From the human T2T-CHM13v2.0 reference genome, Homo sapiens, in the NCBI RefSeq assembly GCF_009914755.1, contig NC_060937.1: a stretch of 64,000 bases of DNA. One strand, written 5' to 3'. Below the pieces are notes generated by a model. That model was not told the DNA's origin, made no database searches, and worked only from the letters and a program-made list of their open reading frames with translations. Shown one piece after another: positions 57,606 to 64,000 of this stretch (position 1 is the first letter of the stretch; each line of letters opens with the position of its first letter). The position numbers and the translations under genes are program-made.

Positions 57606-59270
57606 TGAAGTAACCAAAACAGAAATTAAGAAAACAATTTTATCTGCGGTCGTGTCAAAAATAATATACTTAGGAATAAAATTAACCAAGGATGTGAAAG
57701 ATTATTGCACCAAAAACTGTAAAACATTGATGAGAGAAATTGAAGACACAAATAAATGGAAAGATATCTCATGATCATGGATCAGAAAAATGAATATTGT
57801 CAAAATATTCACACTACCTAAGGTGATCTACAGATTCGTTGCAATTCCTATCAAAAGTCCCATGACTGACACCCAACTGATTTTCAACAAAAGTGCTAAG
57901 AACACACATTGGAAAAAAGATAATATTTTCAATAAATGGTGCTGGAGAAATTGGATATCCATATGCAGAAGAATGAGATTAAATCACTACTTCTCATGAT
58001 ATACAAAAATCAACTGAAAATGCATTAAAGTCTTAAATGTAAAACCCAAAGCTACAAAATTACTAGAAGAAAACATAGGATAGTACTTTACTGTGGGCAA
58101 GAATTTTTAAAATAAGACCTCAAAAGCAAAGCAACAAAAACAAATAGATAAATGGAAGGACATCAAACTGACAAGCTTTTGATCAACAAAGGAAGCAACT
58201 AAAAGAATGACAAATAGACCTACATAATGGGAGAAAATAGTTGCAAACTATATATCTGACAAAGGATTAATATTAAGAATACATAGGGAACTTAACAGCA
58301 AGAAAACAACCCAAGTAAAAATAGGCAAAATACATTAATAAATATTGCTCAAAAGAAGACATTCAGATGTCCAACAGGTATATGAAGATATGATCAAGAT
58401 CACTAATTGTCAGGGAAATGCAAATCAACTCCACAGTGAGATACCTCTTCACTCCAGTTAGAATCGGTTTTATTATAGAATTATAATAAAGACAAAAGAA
58501 AACAAATGTTGGCAAGGGAGGTAGAGAAGAGAACACTGACACACTGTGGGTGAAAATGTAAATTAGTATAGTCACTATGGAAAACTGTATGGAGGTTCCT
58601 CCAAAAATTAAAAATAGAGCTGTGATATGCGTATAATTCAGTAATTTCACTACTAGATATATATCCAAAAGAAGTGAAATCAATATGTCAAAGATATATC
58701 TGTACCCCTTTATTGCAGCACTATTTACAGTAGTCAAGATATGGAATCAACCCAAGTGGCCATTAACAGATGAATGGATAAAAAATTGTGGTATATATAC
58801 ACAATGGATAATTCTGCCATAAAAAGAAAGAAATCCTGTCATTTGCAACAATATGAATGGAACTGGAGGTCATCATGTTAGGTTAAATAAGGCACAGAAA
58901 GACCTTATTTCAAAACCTAAAAAATTGGAATCTAAAAATAAAATTGAAATCATAGAAGCAGAGAGTTTAAAATGTGGTTACCAGAGACGGGAGGAGGAAG
59001 ATGGGAGGATAGGGAAAGGTTGGTCTGTGGTCCAAGTTACAATCAGATAGCAGGAATAAGTTCAACTTCTATTATACAGTAGGTTGAGGACAGTTAACAG
59101 TAAGATATGGCATATTATAATTAGAAAATAATTAGATAAGCTTTTGAATGCCCTTACCACAAATGATAAATGCATAAGGTGATCATCATGTGAAATACCC
59201 TAATTTGATCATAATGCAACCTATATATGTATCAAAACATCTGATTCTACCCCATAAATATGTACATATA
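57606..59270 (+). mobile_element. L1MA-type 3' fragment with internal deletion
   Basis: ORFs 57556..57774 (IYLGIKLTKDVKD) and 57790..57999 (IFNKWCWRNW) are ORF2-like; L1M 3'UTR runs to ~59270. Confidence 0.88.
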
Positions 59271-59949
59271 ATAATTTTTAACCTCTCCTAGCATTTTTAA
59301 TAGTAATAACAAAAAAATCTTAAAATTCACATGGAACCACAATATACCCCAAATAACTAAAGCAATCTTCAGCAAGAACAAAGCTGAAGGCACCATAGCT
59401 CTTGATTTCAAATTATATTACAAAACTATAGTAATTAAAACAGTATGGTACTAACACAAAAACAGACACATAGACCAGTGGAACAGAATAGACAGCATAG
59501 AAATAAACCCATACATTTATAGCCAATTGACTTTAAACAAAGATGACAAGAACACACAATAGGGAAAAGACAGTTTATTCGATAAATGGTGTTGGGACAA
59601 CTGGATGTCCACATGCAGAAGAAAGAAATTAGAGTCTTATCTCATACTGTATATAAAAATCAACTCAAAATGAATTAAAGACTTATATGTAAAACCTGAA
59701 ATTTTAAAACTACTCGAAGAAACGTAGGAGAAAAGCTCCATGCCATTGGTCTTAGCAATGATTTTTTTTTTGGATATAACACCAGAACACAGACAACAAA
59801 AACAAAAATAAATGAGTGGGACTGCATTGAACTAAAACGTTTCTACAGCAGCAAAGGAAACAACAGAAATGAAAAGGCAACTTCTGGAATGAGAGAAAAT
59901 ATTTGCAAACCATATATCCAATAAGGGGTTAATATTCAAAATATATGAG

Positions 59950-60717
<768 letters not shown>

Positions 60718-61999
60718 AACTCATACAACTCAATAGCAAAAAAAATCAAACAACCAGATTAAAAAAATGGGCAAATGACCTGAATAGACATTTTTCCAAA
60801 GAAGATATGCAAATGGCCAGTGGGTATATGAAAAAAGTGCTTAACATCACTAATAGGGAAATGCAAATCAAAACCACAATGAAATATGACCTCACAACTG
60901 TTAGGATGGCTGTTATCAAAAAGTCAAAAGATAGATGTTGGCAGGGTTGTGGAGAAAAGGAAAACTTCCATGTTGTTGGTGAGGATGTAAATTGATACAG
61001 CCATTATGGACGATACTATGGAGTTTCCTTAAAAAATCAAAAAGAGAATTATATGATCTAGGAATTTCTGGATTTATGTACAAAGGAAATTAAATCACTA
61101 TCTTGAAGAGCTGTCTGCACTCCCATGGTCACTGCAGCATTACTCCTAATAACCAAGATATGAAAACAACACAAGTGTCTGTTGTAAGATGAATGGGTAA
61201 AGAAAATGTGAGATATATATCTATATATGTAACATGATGTTTTGATATGCATATGCATAATATGCATATATTTACATATGTGTGTGTGTGTATATATATA
61301 TCTATATATACACAAATACCCAGTGGAATAGTATTCGTCCTTTAAGAAGGAAATCCTTTCATTTGCCACAACATGGATGAACCTGGAGGACATTCTGCTA
61401 AGTAAAATAAGCCAGACGTAGACAAAAAAACACTGCACGATCTCACTCATATGTGGAATCTAAAAACGTTGAACTCTTAGAAATAGAGTAGAAGGGTGGT
61501 TACCCAGGGCCAAGGGGTAGGAGAAATGGGGAGACTTTGCATACAAACTTTCAAAGTTATAAGATGAATACGTTCTGGAGATCTAATGTACAGCATGGTT
61601 ACTATAGTTTGTAATACTGTCTACTTGCATTGTATGAGGAGAGTACATCTTAGATATTCCCACTGCACATAGACACACACACAAAGTTAACTGAGGTGAT
61701 GGATATGTTTATTATCTTGGTTGTGGTAATCATTTCACAATGCATATGCATATCTAAACATCATGTTACATACTTTAAGAATCTACAATTTTTTGGTCAC
61801 TTATACCTCAATAAATCTTGGGGAAGAAAAGAGCGACCTCTTCTGAATTCTAGATTTCATGCTTTTTGTCAGTTCATGGCCCCCAGTTTGACCGTGGTTG
61901 TGAGACCTTAATAAATAGCGATCCATTAAATGGTTAATTTAAAAAAATCCTGCTCTGAATAATATTCCATTCTTTGGATATACCACAGTTTATTTATCC

Positions 62000-62466
62000 A
62001 TAGAGGAATCTTAGATGCATATTACCAACTGAAAAAAAAACTGAAAGGACTACATATACTGTATGACTCCAACTATATAACATTAAGGAAAAGGCAAAAT
62101 TATGGAGGACAGTGAAAAGATCAGGTTGTCAGGGATTGGGGAAAGGTGTGGGAGAGGGACGGATGACTAGGCAGATCACAGAGGGTTTTCAGGGCAGTGA
62201 AATTACTGTGTATGAGTAGTGAATTCATGTCACTATATGTTTACTCACACTCATACAATGTACACTAAGAGTGGACCCTAATGTCAACTATTCACTTTGG
62301 GTAATAGTGATGTGTCAATGTACGCTCATCAGTTACAGCAAGTGTACTTCTCTGGTGGGAATTGTTGATAATGGAGAAGGCTATGCACGTGAGGGAGAAG
62401 GAGGTATATGGAATATCTCCGCATCTCTCTCAGTTTTGCTGTGCACCTAAAACTGCTCTAAAAAGA
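62000..62466 (+). mobile_element. L1MC-type 3' end
   Basis: tactgtatgactccaactatataacatt...ggaaaaggcaaaa...cctaaaactgctctaaaaa. Confidence 0.75.
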
Positions 62467-62749
62467 AAACAGTCTTAAAAGAATATGTACTCTCTCTGAT
62501 ATTGTTTGTTAGCGTGCTCTATAAATGTTAATTATGTCTACTGGGCTGTTAATGTCAACTTTTCTATATCCATACTGATTTTAATTTCACTAATTGCATT
62601 AATTACTGAGAAAGGAGCGTTTATATATTAAAAAGTAGTCTAAAAAGCAAAAAAAAAAAAAAAAAAATCCTGCTTCAAAAATACAGTTAGTCCTTCCCTG
62701 TGACTCCCCTCCATGCAAATTAATTGCCAAATCCACCAAATACTCCTTT

Positions 62750-63077
62750 CCGTTTTTTCTTTTTTTGTTGTTTTTTTTGTTTTTTTGTTTTTTTTGAGAC
62801 GGAGTCTCCCTCTGTCGCTCAGGCTGGAGTGCAGTGGCATGAACTTGGCTTGCTGCAATGTCTGCCCCCCTGGGTTCAAGTGACTCTCCTGCCTCAGCCC
62901 CCTAAGTAGCTGGGATTACAGGTGCACGCCACCATGCCTGGCTAATTTTCATATTTTTAGTAGAGACCGGGGTTTCACCATGTTCGTCAGGCTGGTCTCA
63001 AACTCCTGACCTCGTGATCTTCCCTCCTCGCCCTCCCAAAGTGCTGGGATTATAGACATGAGCCACAGCGCCCGGCC
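62750..63077 (-). mobile_element. Alu (AluSg-like)
   Basis: Full dimer; 13-bp TSD caaatactccttt at 62737-62749 and 63078-63090. Confidence 0.94.
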
Positions 63078-63378
63078 CAAATACTCCTTTAAGGCCCCAG
63101 CAAACCAATACAATCACATGCACCTGGAATTTGACAGCTTGAAGTTTATAGCCTTACTAAACTGTTTATCTTATCTGTTGCTTTTCTCTACCCCTCAAGA
63201 TCAATTCATATAAGTCAGTTATTTAAGAATTTGAGAAAAATGTGCGTTTGCCTTAATATGTTATATTATGTTCATCAAGATCCTGACTCATTTGTGACAT
63301 TTGCTGTTAGAATGAAAACTAATTCCAACTTCATTATCTTTATGTACATTTTTATTTTTTGCCACTCTCACTGTGAAG

Positions 63379-63525
63379 GTCATGGACAGTGTAATTGCGG
63401 AAGATGTGACTGCAAAGCAGGCTGGTATGGGAAGAAGTGTGAGCACCCACAGTCCTGCACGCTGTCAGCTGAGGAGAGCATCAGGAAGTGCCAGGGAAGC
63501 TCGGATCTGCCTTGCTCTGGGAGGG
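63379..63525 (+). CDS. ITGBL1: ITGBL1 internal coding exon (probably exon 7), 147 nt
   Basis: ctcactgtgaag|GTCATGGA...GGGAGGG|gtaagt. Translates (G)[48 protein letters not shown], contained in ORF 63231..63533. Confidence 0.96.
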
Positions 63526-63596
63526 GTAAGTGAGGTCTCTCAGGGCTTCCCACGGCCTCTCCATCACAATTCAAATGAATTCAATGCACACACATC

Positions 63597-64000
63597 TTTT
63601 TGTTTGTTTGTTTGTTTTTTGTTTTCTGCTTTTTGGTTTTTTTGTTTTTTATTTTTTTATTTTATTTTTTATTATTATACTTTAAGTTTTAGTGTACATG
63701 TGCGCAATGTGCAGGTTTGTTACATATGTATACATGTGCCATGATGATGTGCTGCATGCATTAACTGGTCATTTAGCATTAGGTATATCTCCTAATGCTA
63801 TCCCTCCCCGCTGCCCCCACCACACAACAGTCCCCAGTGTGTGATGTTCCCCTTCCTGTGACCATGTGTTCTCATTGTTCAATTCCCACCTATGAGTGAG
63901 AATATGCCGTGTTTGGTTTTTTGTCCTTGCGATAGTTTGCTGAGAATGATGGTTTCCAGTTTCATCCATGTCCCTACAAAGGACATGAACTCATCCTTTT
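63597..64000 (-). mobile_element. L1PA 3' end, running past the window edge, about 70 nt after the exon 7 donor
   Basis: Degenerate T tail plus tattatactttaagtttt...ggtatatctcctaatgctatccctcccc...ccctacaaaggacatgaactcat. Confidence 0.95.

Overview
This is AT-rich, repeat-dense primate DNA, most likely human, from inside ITGBL1 (integrin beta-like 1/TIED) on the + strand. It holds five internal coding exons (32900-33046, 40649-40771, 44512-44652, 48444-48584, 63379-63525), each with AG/GT boundaries, phase 1-1, and one 8-Cys integrin-EGF module. Gene identity and exon numbers (3-7) come from recall of the human protein, not a search. The rest is intron: a full-length inactive antisense L1PA with a 17-bp TSD, several truncated and older L1s, 7 Alus, MaLR/ERV solo LTRs, MIR/L2/MER5 relics and microsatellites. 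There are no RNA genes, CRISPR arrays or prokaryotic systems, and no clearly new biological system. The best leads are untested hypotheses: (1) an L1 antisense promoter/ORF0 aimed into ITGBL1; (2) a consensus 5' splice site 6 nt into exon 3 that would give an in-frame microexon; (3) a possible stop-free exon 3-6 circRNA; (4) two inverted MLT1 LTRs each hit by an AluSp at the same site; (5) two ultra-short L1 insertions; (6) a ~100-bp local duplication with a 46-bp identical core containing a STAT site. Repeat subfamily calls and old-repeat boundaries are by eye.
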